Of a stretch of DNA of 64,000 nucleotides, positions 1 to 8,787 are shown piece after piece; within the stretch, counting starts at the first letter, position 1, and every line of letters starts with the position of its first letter. The translations under genes were made by a program, and so were the position numbers. The notes beneath the pieces were generated by a model that was given only the letters and a program-made list of their open reading frames with translations, was not told the origin of the DNA and searched no databases. Origin of the DNA: Blastocatellia bacterium (GTDB lineage Bacteria > Acidobacteriota > Blastocatellia > HR10); NCBI GenBank assembly GCA_025055075.1, contig JANWYV010000009.1, positions 21,876 through 85,875 of the forward strand. The letters are read 5' to 3'.

Positions 1-1248
1 GCCGGCCGCGCAGACGACGACGTCGCGCGGACCAGCGAACCGATTGAGGATACCGATGACCTCACTCTGCGCCATCGGCGGGCCATGGCGGAGATCGAAT
101 AGGCGCTCGACTTCGGCCTCCCATTCCGCCTTCAGGCGCCCGATTGTCGCCGCGTAGTCAGTCGAGACGCGATAGTCCACGAGCGCTTCTCGTAACTCTT
201 CGAGAGTGACTCGCGCATCAGCCACCAACGGTAGCGCGGCATGCTTATGAGCATCCATCTCCGCGACATTGATCGCGAGAAAGCGCACATCGGGATGTTG
301 AAAAGCCGTCTTCGAGGCTGTCGGAAAATCCCCCAACCGCGTGCCGATGGCGATGACCAGATCGGCCTCGCGGGCGATCACATTAGCCGCGCGCGTGCCC
401 GTCACGCCGATGGCGCCGAGATTCTGCGGATGATCGAAAGGAAGCGAACCCTTGCCGGCCTGCGTCTCGGCGACGGGAATCCCCGTCTGCTCGACGAAGC
501 GCGCTAGCGCTTCGGTCGCCTCACTGTAGATGACGCCACCACCAGCGATCACAAGCGGTCGCCGCGCCGCGCGAATCCATTGCACGGCCCGACGCAGCCG
601 CTCGCGATCGGCAGGAGGACGAGGAATATGCCAAACGCGCTTTTCAAAAAGCTCTTCCGGATAGTCCCAAGCCTCTGCTTGCACATCCTGAGGCAGGGCG
701 AGCGTCACGGCGCCCGTGTCCGCCGGCGAAGTCAAGACGCGCATGGCTTCCAGCAGCGCGAACGGTAATTGGTCGGGGCGCGAAAGGCGATCCCAATAGC
801 GAGAGACGGGCCGAAAGGCATCGTTCACCGAGATGTCCAGCGTGTGCTCGGATTCGAGCTGTTGCAGGACAGGAGCCACATTCCGTCGGGCGAAAATGTC
901 TCCCGGCAAGAGGAGAACTGGCAGGCGATTGATCGTGGCCGTCGCCGCTCCCGTGAGCATATTCGTTGCTCCTGGCCCGATCGAGGAGGTGCAGGCGAAG
1001 GTGCGCAGCCGATTGTGCATCTTGGCGAAGGCCACGGCGATATGCACCATCGCTTGCTCGTTGCGCGGCAGGTAGTATGGGAAATCGGGATTTTGTTGAA
1101 GCGCTTCACCTATCCCCGCCACGTTCCCGTGCCCGAAGATCCCCCATATGCCGGCGAAGAAGGGGATCTCGCGTCCGTCTCGCTCGACGTATTGATTCTT
1201 CAAAAACGCGATGAGCGCTTGTGCCATCGTCAAGCGTCGCGTTCGCAT
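1..1248 (-). CDS. iolD: 3D-(3,5/4)-trihydroxycyclohexane-1,2-dione acylhydrolase (IolD), TPP-dependent; C-terminal part runs off the window
   Basis: Not in the ORF track because it is open at the window edge. My reverse-strand translation from ATG 1248 reads MRTRRLTMAQALIAFLKNQYVERDGREIPFFAGIWGIFGHGNVAGIGEAL...YYLPRNEQAMVHIAVAFAKM...SSIGPGATNMLTGAATATINRLPVLLLPGD, uninterrupted to position 1. This is a typical IolD/acetolactate-synthase-like TPP enzyme N-terminus. Synteny with iolC and iolB. Confidence 0.8.
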   Translation of the reverse strand, partial: MRTRRLTMAQALIAFLKNQYVERDGREIPFFAGIWGIFGHGNVAGIGEALQQNPDFPYYLPRNEQAMVHIAVAFAKMHNRLRTFACTSSIGPGATNMLTGAATATINRLPVLLLPGDIFARRNVAPVLQQLESEHTLDISVNDAFRPVSRYWDRLSRPDQLPFALLEAMRVLTSPADTGAVTLALPQDVQAEAWDYPEELFEKRVWHIPRPPADRERLRRAVQWIRAARRPLVIAGGGVIYSEATEALARFVEQTGIPVAETQAGKGSLPFDHPQNLGAIGVTGTRAANVIAREADLVIAIGTRLGDFPTASKTAFQHPDVRFLAINVAEMDAHKHAALPLVADARVTLEELREALVDYRVSTDYAATIGRLKAEWEAEVERLFDLRHGPPMAQSEVIGILNRFAGPRDVVVCAAG

Positions 1249-1274
1249 CACCCCCCTCCCTTCCTCATCCCCTG

Positions 1275-2288
1275 CTAAAATCCTCCATGCGTCTCGATGA
1301 ACGACAAGACCTCGGCCTCATACGGCATGAAGTTCGCGCAGCCGTGGCGCGTGACGATGATCGCCCCGCAGGCGTTTCCCATGCGCGCCGCGCGATACCA
1401 ATTCCACCCCTTCAGGTAGCCGTAGAGGAACCCGGCGGCGAAGGCATCTCCAGCGCCGAGGACATTGAGGACCTCGACGGGAAACGCGGGAGCGACGATC
1501 ACGTCTCCTTGAGCCAGATGAACGGTCGCGCCTTCGGCCCCGCGCTTCACGATGAGCGCTCGTGGGCCGCGCTCCAGAAGCATTCGAATCGCTCGGTCCA
1601 CTTCGCCTGCGACGTGAGATTCGGAGATCTGCGCATGCTCGATGTGGACGTCTTCCGCTTCCACAAGAGCCGCCGCTTTCACCTCATTCACGGTCCCGAG
1701 CACCACGTCCACAAGCGGCAGGACCAGGCGGATCGTCACTCCATACCCGCGCACATCGTGCCAGAGCGTGGGGCGAAAATCCAGGTCGAGGAAGACCTCC
1801 GTGCCGTGCGCTCGCGCGCGCTCGGCGGCAAAGAGCGTCGCGCTGCGGCTGGGTTCCCGGCTGAGACCCGTTCCGCTGATGAGCAACACGCGGCTCTCCG
1901 CGATCGGAGCTGCCAGGACATCATCAATGGTCAGCTCCATATCCGCGCAATTGTCGCGATAGTAGACCAGCGGGAAGCGATCCGGTGGCTCGACGCCCAG
2001 CAACACGGCGCTCGTTCGACGCCCCGGCTTTCGCGGAATGAACCGCGTCTCGACTCCCTCTCGCTCCAGGAAGCGCAAGACGAAATCCCCCACAAGATCG
2101 TCTCCGACAGCCGTCAGCAATGCGGAACGTAATCCCAATCGTCGCGCCCCCACGCTGATGTTGGTCGGACATCCCCCGACATAAGCCGCGAAGCTCTTGA
2201 TCTCCGGGAACGGCGCGCCGATGTCGGCGGCATAGAGATCAATCGAGCTGCGCCCCATGGCGAGAAGATCGTACCGACGCTCCGTCAT
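1275..2288 (-). CDS. iolC: 5-dehydro-2-deoxygluconokinase (PfkB family)
   Basis: 337-aa ORF with PfkB ribokinase-like features (DLLAMGRSSIDLY..., C-terminal GAGDAF motif). Sits between iolB and iolD. Confidence 0.8.
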   Translation of the reverse strand: MTERRYDLLAMGRSSIDLYAADIGAPFPEIKSFAAYVGGCPTNISVGARRLGLRSALLTAVGDDLVGDFVLRFLEREGVETRFIPRKPGRRTSAVLLGVEPPDRFPLVYYRDNCADMELTIDDVLAAPIAESRVLLISGTGLSREPSRSATLFAAERARAHGTEVFLDLDFRPTLWHDVRGYGVTIRLVLPLVDVVLGTVNEVKAAALVEAEDVHIEHAQISESHVAGEVDRAIRMLLERGPRALIVKRGAEGATVHLAQGDVIVAPAFPVEVLNVLGAGDAFAAGFLYGYLKGWNWYRAARMGNACGAIIVTRHGCANFMPYEAEVLSFIETHGGF

Positions 2289-2306
2289 CGCATTCCTCTT
2301 CGTCTT

Positions 2307-3158
2307 TCACCGCACGAGCGGGACGCGCGGATCTTTCTCCGTCCATGTCGTGCGCACCCACGCATGGGTTGGATCATCGGAGGCCGCCATCGAACGCGCG
2401 CTTCCGGCCAGCGCGTTCAAGTAATAGACGTTGTACCCATGCGCGGCTACGACCGGATGATACCCTTCCGGAATCAACACCAGGTCGCCATCCCGGACCG
2501 TGAGCGTCACGTCCCGTCGTCCGTCCGCCGTGTAAATGCGTTGGATGGCATACCCCTCCGGACGGTCCACCTTGTAGTAGTAAATCTCCTCCAGGTCGAC
2601 TTCCTCCGGCGGGTTGTGGACATCGTGCTTGTGCGGAGGATAGCTCGACCAGTTCCCGCTGGGCGTGTAGACCTCGACGATCATCAGCCGATCGGCGGGA
2701 AAGTCAGGTGTGAGGATGTGATTGATCTGTCGAGTCGCGTTTCCACCACCCCGAATTTCGATCTGGACATCTTCGGGAGAGATCAGTCGAGCTGGAAAGG
2801 CCTTTTCAGCGCGGGCTCGACAAAAGGCCAACTCGCCATCGGTCTCGGCCATGACCGTGTAGGAGGTGCCGATGGGGAGATATAGGGCCGTCGGGAGCCC
2901 ATCGAAAACGTGTGCACGCGCGCCAATGTGCGACCACGAACCCACCGAAGAGTGAACCGTGAAGCGCCCGCCCAGGATCACGATCCCCAATTCATCGCGC
3001 CCTGTCTGCCCAGAGACCGTCTCTCCAGCAGTGAATGCGCGCACGGAGAAGCTCAGGTACTCGAATCCTACGGCTTCCGGAGTGATGGAGATGCGTTCTC
3101 CCGTCTTTCCCTCCAGAGGACGCGGCCGGATGAGCAAATCATGAGCGAGGGTGGACAT
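2307..3158 (-). CDS. iolB: 5-deoxy-glucuronate isomerase
   Basis: 283-aa ORF with an IolB-like cupin region (SSYPPHKHD...EEIYYYK). Adjacent to iolC. Confidence 0.8.
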   Translation of the reverse strand: MSTLAHDLLIRPRPLEGKTGERISITPEAVGFEYLSFSVRAFTAGETVSGQTGRDELGIVILGGRFTVHSSVGSWSHIGARAHVFDGLPTALYLPIGTSYTVMAETDGELAFCRARAEKAFPARLISPEDVQIEIRGGGNATRQINHILTPDFPADRLMIVEVYTPSGNWSSYPPHKHDVHNPPEEVDLEEIYYYKVDRPEGYAIQRIYTADGRRDVTLTVRDGDLVLIPEGYHPVVAAHGYNVYYLNALAGSARSMAASDDPTHAWVRTTWTEKDPRVPLVR

Positions 3159-4173
3159 GCTCCTCCTCCTTTCGTGGCGGGGCCGTCGAATTTCGAATGA
3201 TCAACTCGCCTTGCACCCAAATCGTCTGCTGGGAGTTCTCTCCCTTGAGGAGTTGCAGCAGTAGTGACATCGCTCGCCGTCCCATCTGTCGTTTCGGTTG
3301 GCGGATTGTCGTCAACGGGGGCTCCGTGTATGAAGCGATGAAGAGATCGTCGAATCCGACGAACGAGATGTCCTCTGGAACGCGAAGTCCTCTCATGCGC
3401 GCGACGCGCAACGCGCCAAGAGCCGTCATGTCGTTGTAGCAGAAGACGGCCGTCGGCATCGGAGCGAGTGCCAGCAATTGCTCCATCGCCCGCATCCCCC
3501 CTTCTGGCTTCCCGTCACCGTGAACAACCAGTTCCGGTTGAAACGTGAGCCCCGCGCGCTCGAGCGCCTGACGGTATCCGGCGAACCGTTCAGTGTCGGA
3601 TTGATACCCGAATTGATCGCCGATGTACGCGATGCGTCGGTGGCCAAGCTGAATGAGATGCTCGGTGGCCACTCGACTGGCCGTGACGTTATCAATCATG
3701 ACCGAATGAACGAATTCGCCAGGGTGTTGATTATTGATGAGCACGATCGGGACCTTCATCTCGCTCAAATGGTCTATATAGAGTGCCCCGACGCGCGAAG
3801 CCGTGACCAAAATCCCATCCACACGTCGTTCGTGAAACGAATGAACGACCTTGATCTCGCGATCCGGATCGGCATTGGAATTCGCCAAGAAGACCGAATA
3901 GCCATGATCATTGGCGACCTCCTCAATGCCGCTGACGACCTCGGCGATGAACGGATCAGCGATCGTCGTGACCACAACCCCAATGGTCCTGGTCTTCTTA
4001 GTGACCAGGCTGCGAGCGACGGCGCTCGGCCGATAGCCCATCTCCTCGGCAATTCGGCGAATGCGTTCGGCCGTCTCGCGGTTGACGAGTGGGCTATTGT
4101 GCAGGGCCCGCGAGACCGTTGAGTGAGAGACCTTCGCTACGCGCGCGATATCTTTGATCGAGACCGTACTCAT
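3139..4173 (-). CDS. LacI/GalR-family transcriptional regulator (likely regulator of the iol genes)
   Basis: N-terminal HTH MSTVSIKDIARVAKVSHSTVSRALHN followed by a periplasmic-binding-protein-like sugar-binding core. The track start (4185) is a GTG. ATG 4173 gives the canonical LacI N-terminus. The 3' end overlaps the iolB start by 20 bp. Confidence 0.85.
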   Translation of the reverse strand: MSTVSIKDIARVAKVSHSTVSRALHNSPLVNRETAERIRRIAEEMGYRPSAVARSLVTKKTRTIGVVVTTIADPFIAEVVSGIEEVANDHGYSVFLANSNADPDREIKVVHSFHERRVDGILVTASRVGALYIDHLSEMKVPIVLINNQHPGEFVHSVMIDNVTASRVATEHLIQLGHRRIAYIGDQFGYQSDTERFAGYRQALERAGLTFQPELVVHGDGKPEGGMRAMEQLLALAPMPTAVFCYNDMTALGALRVARMRGLRVPEDISFVGFDDLFIASYTEPPLTTIRQPKRQMGRRAMSLLLQLLKGENSQQTIWVQGELIIRNSTAPPRKEEEHVHPRS

Positions 4174-4180
4174 GGCCGGT

Positions 4181-4194
4181 TGCACACGTTTTCA
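4181..4194. promoter_or_regulatory. Candidate LacI-family operator (imperfect 14-bp palindrome with central CG)
   Basis: TGCACACGTTTTCA lies 8 bp upstream of the regulator ATG. 5 of 7 half-site pairs are complementary. It resembles the generic LacI/GalR operator TGnAAnCGnTTnCA. Confidence 0.35.
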
Positions 4195-4270
4195 GCCATC
4201 GGCTAAAGAAAAACTTCGAGAATTACTCGCTGAGACCGTTTCCTCACCGCGCCCTCCGTAAGAGCCCCTT

Positions 4271-4298
4271 ATCATACTCCGAATCTCTGGCTTGTCAA
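4271..4298 (-). promoter_or_regulatory. sigma70-type promoter for the LacI-iolBCD unit
   Basis: Minus strand reads TTGACA (4298-4293), a 16-bp spacer, then TATGAT (4276-4271). Confidence 0.5.
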
Positions 4299-4312
4299 GG
4301 CCGAAAAAATCC

Positions 4313-4340
4313 TTGACATCGAGCGGGATTCGTCTATAAT
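4313..4340 (+). promoter_or_regulatory. Consensus sigma70-type promoter for the TPR-HTH / mini-protein unit
   Basis: TTGACA (4313-4318), a 16-bp spacer, then TATAAT (4335-4340). It sits back to back with the divergent promoter 14 bp away. Confidence 0.6.
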
Positions 4341-4348
4341 TCTCCTTG

Positions 4349-4380
4349 CGATCGTTGAGGTCAATGATCGTGAACGATCG
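4349..4380 (+). promoter_or_regulatory. 8-bp inverted repeat in the leader of the TPR-HTH gene (operator or leader hairpin)
   Basis: CGATCGTT (4349-4356) and AACGATCG (4373-4380) are perfect reverse complements separated by 16 nt. The repeat lies just upstream of RBS GAGGGGAG. Confidence 0.4.
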
Positions 4381-4392
4381 TCGAGGGGAGTC

Positions 4393-5817
4393 ATGAGGGC
4401 GACGAAGGTTCGAGAGATCACGCTGTTAGAGCAGGCCATCTTCTCCGGGCGATTCCGGGAAGCGGAGCGGATAGCCGAGGAGGTCTCGCCGGCTGACTTG
4501 CGGTCAGCGGCTGCAAAGGCGCAGGTTTTGATCTACAAAGGGGAGTTAGAGGAGGCGGGGAAGCTTTTCGAAGCGTTCGAGAAGCGGCTTACGGAAGCGA
4601 GTCTGAAGGAGGCAGCCGAATTCGGTCTAGCGAAAGCGGAGTGGCACTATTGGCGGGGCGAGTACGAAGAGGCCAAGCGGCAGGCGCAAGTCGTCTTCGG
4701 GATCTACAGTCTCAATCGCGATCATTTCGGACTGGCACGCGCACTCTATGTGTTGGGGCGGGTGTATCGGCGTCAGGGCGATTACGAGCAAGCGCGGCAG
4801 GAGATGCTGCGTGCCCTGGAGGAGACGGAGGCCGTTGCGGATCGGCCGACGACGTTCCTAATCGGGCTCATCACTTTCAACCTGGGCGTCGTTCATTATT
4901 TTCTGGGGGATCTGGTTCGGGCGGAGGAGGAGTTACTGGCGGCCATTCGTGCTCTTGAGGTGGAGCGAGGTCGGTATTATGGCAATGCCTTGAACTTCTA
5001 CGGGACGCTGCTGATCGGAAAAGGAATGTACGAGGAGGCAGCGCGAATCATTCAAGCGGCGTACGAATGCTTGGCCGAGAGCGCGTTCTTCGACGACTTG
5101 GCGCATGCGACGAATAACCTGGCCTACGCGTGCCTCCGTATGGGGCAGTTCGAGCGCGCGGCGCGGTTGCTGGAGGAGAGTCTGGAGCTGCGCCGCCGGT
5201 CGAAAGATATTGCTGGAGAGTCGGCGACGCTGGAGCTTTTCGGACGGCTGCGCTTCGAGCAGGGGCAGTTATCCGAGGCGGAGGCCATCCTTCGGCAAGC
5301 CATCGAGTTGGCGGAGTTGGGGAAGAATCCGCACGAGAAGGCAGTCGCCGCAATCACTCTGGGGCGTGTGCTTATGGCGCAGGGGCGATGGGAGGAGAGC
5401 CAGCAGCTTCTGGAAGAAGCCTTGGACCTAGCTCTGCAATTGAAGAATAAGTCGCTTCAGGCCGAGAGCCATGCGTATCTGGCGGAGCTATGGGTGCATC
5501 GAGGCAACGGGATGCAGGCGCTTGAACATCTCAGGCGGACGAAGACGTTGATCAACGGATATCGCGATGCCTATCTGTTCGCGCAGATCGAGCGAATCGA
5601 ACAGTTAGTGCAACAGCAGCGGATCAAGGCCGAGGAAGGGATCTTCATGATCCGAAGCAGCTTCTTACCCACATGGCGAGAGGCCCACGAGATGCTGGGG
5701 AAGTTCCTCTTGGCGGAAGCGTTGCGGCATGCTGGTGAGAACCAGACGAAAGCCGCCGAGCTGCTCGGCGTCACGAAAGCCTATATCACGATGCTGCGGA
5801 AGAAGTATGGGATTTGA
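4393..5817 (+). CDS. TPR-repeat protein with C-terminal Fis/NtrC-type HTH (HTH_8); no AAA+ or receiver domain
   Basis: 474 aa. TPR-like helical repeats throughout (e.g. ARALYVLGRVYRRQGDYEQARQEMLRALE). The C-terminus GENQTKAAELLGVTKAYITMLRKKYGI aligns with the Fis C-terminal HTH (GNQTRAA...KKYG). RBS GAGGGGAG. Confidence 0.75.
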   Translation: MRATKVREITLLEQAIFSGRFREAERIAEEVSPADLRSAAAKAQVLIYKGELEEAGKLFEAFEKRLTEASLKEAAEFGLAKAEWHYWRGEYEEAKRQAQVVFGIYSLNRDHFGLARALYVLGRVYRRQGDYEQARQEMLRALEETEAVADRPTTFLIGLITFNLGVVHYFLGDLVRAEEELLAAIRALEVERGRYYGNALNFYGTLLIGKGMYEEAARIIQAAYECLAESAFFDDLAHATNNLAYACLRMGQFERAARLLEESLELRRRSKDIAGESATLELFGRLRFEQGQLSEAEAILRQAIELAELGKNPHEKAVAAITLGRVLMAQGRWEESQQLLEEALDLALQLKNKSLQAESHAYLAELWVHRGNGMQALEHLRRTKTLINGYRDAYLFAQIERIEQLVQQQRIKAEEGIFMIRSSFLPTWREAHEMLGKFLLAEALRHAGENQTKAAELLGVTKAYITMLRKKYGI

Positions 5818-5832
5818 AAGGAGGGCTCAGGT

Positions 5833-6198
5833 ATGAGGAAGCTTCTCGGGATCGCGTTCCTCGTGTTCTTGCTTGGAACTCTCACCGTGCCTGCGGATGC
5901 AGGGGTCACGGCTGGTGGAAGACCGTATCTTCCTGGAGAAGACTTGCCGGTTGGGGGAGTGACGGCTGGAGGCCGACCTTTCGTCCCCGGTGGGGGAGTA
6001 TTCACCCCAACGGGCTTCGGCTTTGGCGCCCAGTTCTATGATGAGGGATGGGAGGCCGAATCGAATCCCTATTGGGGCGGGGGCGGATGGAGTGATCTGA
6101 TATGGTGGCCCTCTTGGTCTTGGTTCGGATGGGGACTATTTGGTGTCCTCGATTTCCTCTTTGGTCTTCCCGCCAGCTTTTTCTTCTTCCTCTACTGA
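5833..6198 (+). CDS. Small secreted/membrane-tethered repeat protein (hypothetical)
   Basis: 121 aa. Strong RBS AAGGAGGG 7 nt upstream. Signal peptide MRKLLGIAFLVFLLGTLTVPADA. Two tandem 18-aa units follow, then a Gly/Trp/Phe-rich hydrophobic tail (WWPSWSWFGWGLFGVLDFLFGLPASFFFFLY). Confidence 0.6.
   Translation: MRKLLGIAFLVFLLGTLTVPADAGVTAGGRPYLPGEDLPVGGVTAGGRPFVPGGGVFTPTGFGFGAQFYDEGWEAESNPYWGGGGWSDLIWWPSWSWFGWGLFGVLDFLFGLPASFFFFLY
5902..6009 (+). repeat. Tandem 54-bp (18-aa) coding repeat, 2 copies
   Basis: GVTAGGRPYLPGEDLPVG (5902-5955) and GVTAGGRPFVPGGGVFTP (5956-6009). The first unit starts exactly after the predicted ADA signal-peptidase site. Confidence 0.8.
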
Positions 6199-6202
6199 AG
6201 GA

Positions 6203-6240
6203 GGCGCGGTTCCGAGAGTGGCCCCCCTCGGGGCCGCGCC
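6203..6240. terminator. GC-rich hairpin between convergent genes (possible bidirectional terminator)
   Basis: GGCCCC (6220-6225), loop CCTC, GGGGCC (6230-6235). Flanked by GGCGC (6203-6207) and GCGCC (6236-6240). Lies between the mini-protein stop and the phoR stop. Confidence 0.4.
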
Positions 6241-6246
6241 CGAGAT

Positions 6247-7383
6247 TTATCCACTCATTGCCGCATCGGTTGAGGCCTCTGCCTGCGCAGCTTTTGGCTC
6301 AGGAGCTGCCCTCAAGCTGAGGATGAATTCCGAACCGACTCCCGGTTCGCTCCTGACGCGAATTTCCCCTCCATGGAGTTGGACGAGATGCTTCACAATG
6401 GCCAGGCCAAGGCCGCTTCCTCCGGTCTCCCGGGATCGGGACTTCTCACTCCGATAGAAGCGCTCGAAGATCCGAGGTTGATCGGCTGGAGGGATGCCGA
6501 TCCCTGTGTCGGCGATCGAGATCTCTATATGCTCCCCCAGGCGGCGTGCGCGAACCCAAACATGACCGCCGGGGCGGTTGAACTTCACGGCATTATCCAA
6601 AAGGTTCTGCAGGATCTGGGTCAAGCGGAAGGGATCGGCCAGCACGTGAATCTGTTCGGGGACTTCGTTCACGATCGTAATGCCGCGCTCTTGCGCTTGC
6701 AGCCGAGTCAACTCCAGGACTTCCTCAACGGAGGCATGCAATGGAATCGCCTCTAGCGAAAGCGTGATCGCGCCTGACTCGATCTCTGCCAAGTCAGTGA
6801 TATCCCGCACCAGGGCATGGAGCCGTTGCGCCTGACGAAAGAGACCATCTAGGCAACGGCGCACGTGCTCGGGATCATCCAGTCCGGTCTCCTGTAACGT
6901 CTCAACGTAAGCGAGAATGGCCGCCAGCGGCGTACGCAGCTCGTGTGAGAGGTTAGCGAAGAAGTCGCGCCGTATACGTTCCAATCGCTCTAAAGCGGTG
7001 ATCTCTACGAAGACGCCCAAGGCAGCTTGCGGCATGTTGGAAACGATGCGGAGCGGGGCAATCCTGGCCTGAAATGTACGCGGTTCGCCGCGGCGCAGCT
7101 CGAAGCGCAACTCGACGGAGGCGCCATGCTCGAGCGCTTGTTGGAAGCCCTCGTGCAGCGTGGGATCGCGGGTGAGATCAATCAATCGAATGGGACGAGA
7201 GGAGAGCGGCGGTGGGGGGAAGATCTCAGCCGCTGCCGGATTTTGAACGAGGACGGTCATCTCCCGGTCCACGACAAGCACCCCTTCCCGCATGGCAGCC
7301 AGAATGGTCCGCCACACGGGATGGGCGGCATGGACCAACTCGTGAAAAAGCTCACGATCAGCGCTTTCTTCGGCAAGGCTCAC
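6247..7383 (-). CDS. phoR: Phosphate-regulon sensor histidine kinase (PAS + HisKA + HATPase_c)
   Basis: H-box FFANLSHELRTPL, N-box LLDNAVKF, G-boxes DTGIGI and GGSGLGLAIV. GTG start overlaps the phoB stop (GTGA). Confidence 0.8.
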   Translation of the reverse strand: MSLAEESADRELFHELVHAAHPVWRTILAAMREGVLVVDREMTVLVQNPAAAEIFPPPPLSSRPIRLIDLTRDPTLHEGFQQALEHGASVELRFELRRGEPRTFQARIAPLRIVSNMPQAALGVFVEITALERLERIRRDFFANLSHELRTPLAAILAYVETLQETGLDDPEHVRRCLDGLFRQAQRLHALVRDITDLAEIESGAITLSLEAIPLHASVEEVLELTRLQAQERGITIVNEVPEQIHVLADPFRLTQILQNLLDNAVKFNRPGGHVWVRARRLGEHIEISIADTGIGIPPADQPRIFERFYRSEKSRSRETGGSGLGLAIVKHLVQLHGGEIRVRSEPGVGSEFILSLRAAPEPKAAQAEASTDAAMSG

Positions 7384-8086
7384 AGCGAAGTATCGAAAGG
7401 TCCTTGTGATCGGGGGCGGAAGCGATAGCCGATGCCGACGACCGTCTCGATGTACCCTTCAACGCCGAGCTTCTTCCGCAGATTGCGCACGTGCACATCG
7501 AGCGTGCGCGTATCGCCATAGTAGGCGAGACCCCAGATGCGATCCAGCAGATATTCGCGCGTGAGCGTGCGACCGGGATTGCGCGCCAAAAGGGCGAGTA
7601 ACGCGAACTCTTTTCGGGTCAACCGGATCTCGCGCCCCTCGACCTTCACGATGAAATGCGCCGGATCCAGATAGAGCGTCCCATCATCATAAACGAACGC
7701 CGGCTCTTCCTCCTCCTGAGTCCGGCGCAGCAGGGCTTGCAGTCGCGCCTCCAGCTCGCGCAGGCTGAAGGGCTTGGTCACGTAGTCGTCCGCTCCGAGG
7801 TTCAACCCGAGGACCTTATCTGATTCGCTCGTCCGCGCTGTGAGCAAGAGGATCGGCAACCGGCGCGTCGCGCTCTCTGAGCGCAGGCGGCGGCACAGTT
7901 CGAATCCATTCATCTCCGGGAGGTTCACGTCGAGAATGAGCGCGTTTGGGCGCCGTCGAGCGAGGGCCCGCAAGCCTTCCTCGCCCGTCAGGGCGATCTC
8001 CACCTCATATCGCCCTCCGCGTTCCAAATGTTGCTTGAGCAGATGAGCCAGTTCGGCGTCGTCCTCGATGATCAAGATCGTCGGCT

Positions 8087-8090
<4 letters not shown>
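7380..8090 (-). CDS. phoB: OmpR/PhoB-family response regulator
   Basis: Receiver MKPTILIIEDD...LDVNLPEMNG plus a winged-helix C-terminus (...IETVVGIGYRF). ATG 8090 overlaps the phoU stop by 4 bp (ATGA). The track start 8102 is also possible. Confidence 0.9.
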
Positions 8091-8764
<674 letters not shown>

Positions 8765-8787
8765 GCTGCCCTCTCCTTCCTTCCCCT

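Noticed and set aside
769-1278. Several 80-170-aa ORFs listed at the window start instead of a long gene
   Set aside because: The real gene here is the edge-truncated iolD on the minus strand. It is absent from the track because it has no stop within the window. The listed ORFs are overlapping alternative frames.
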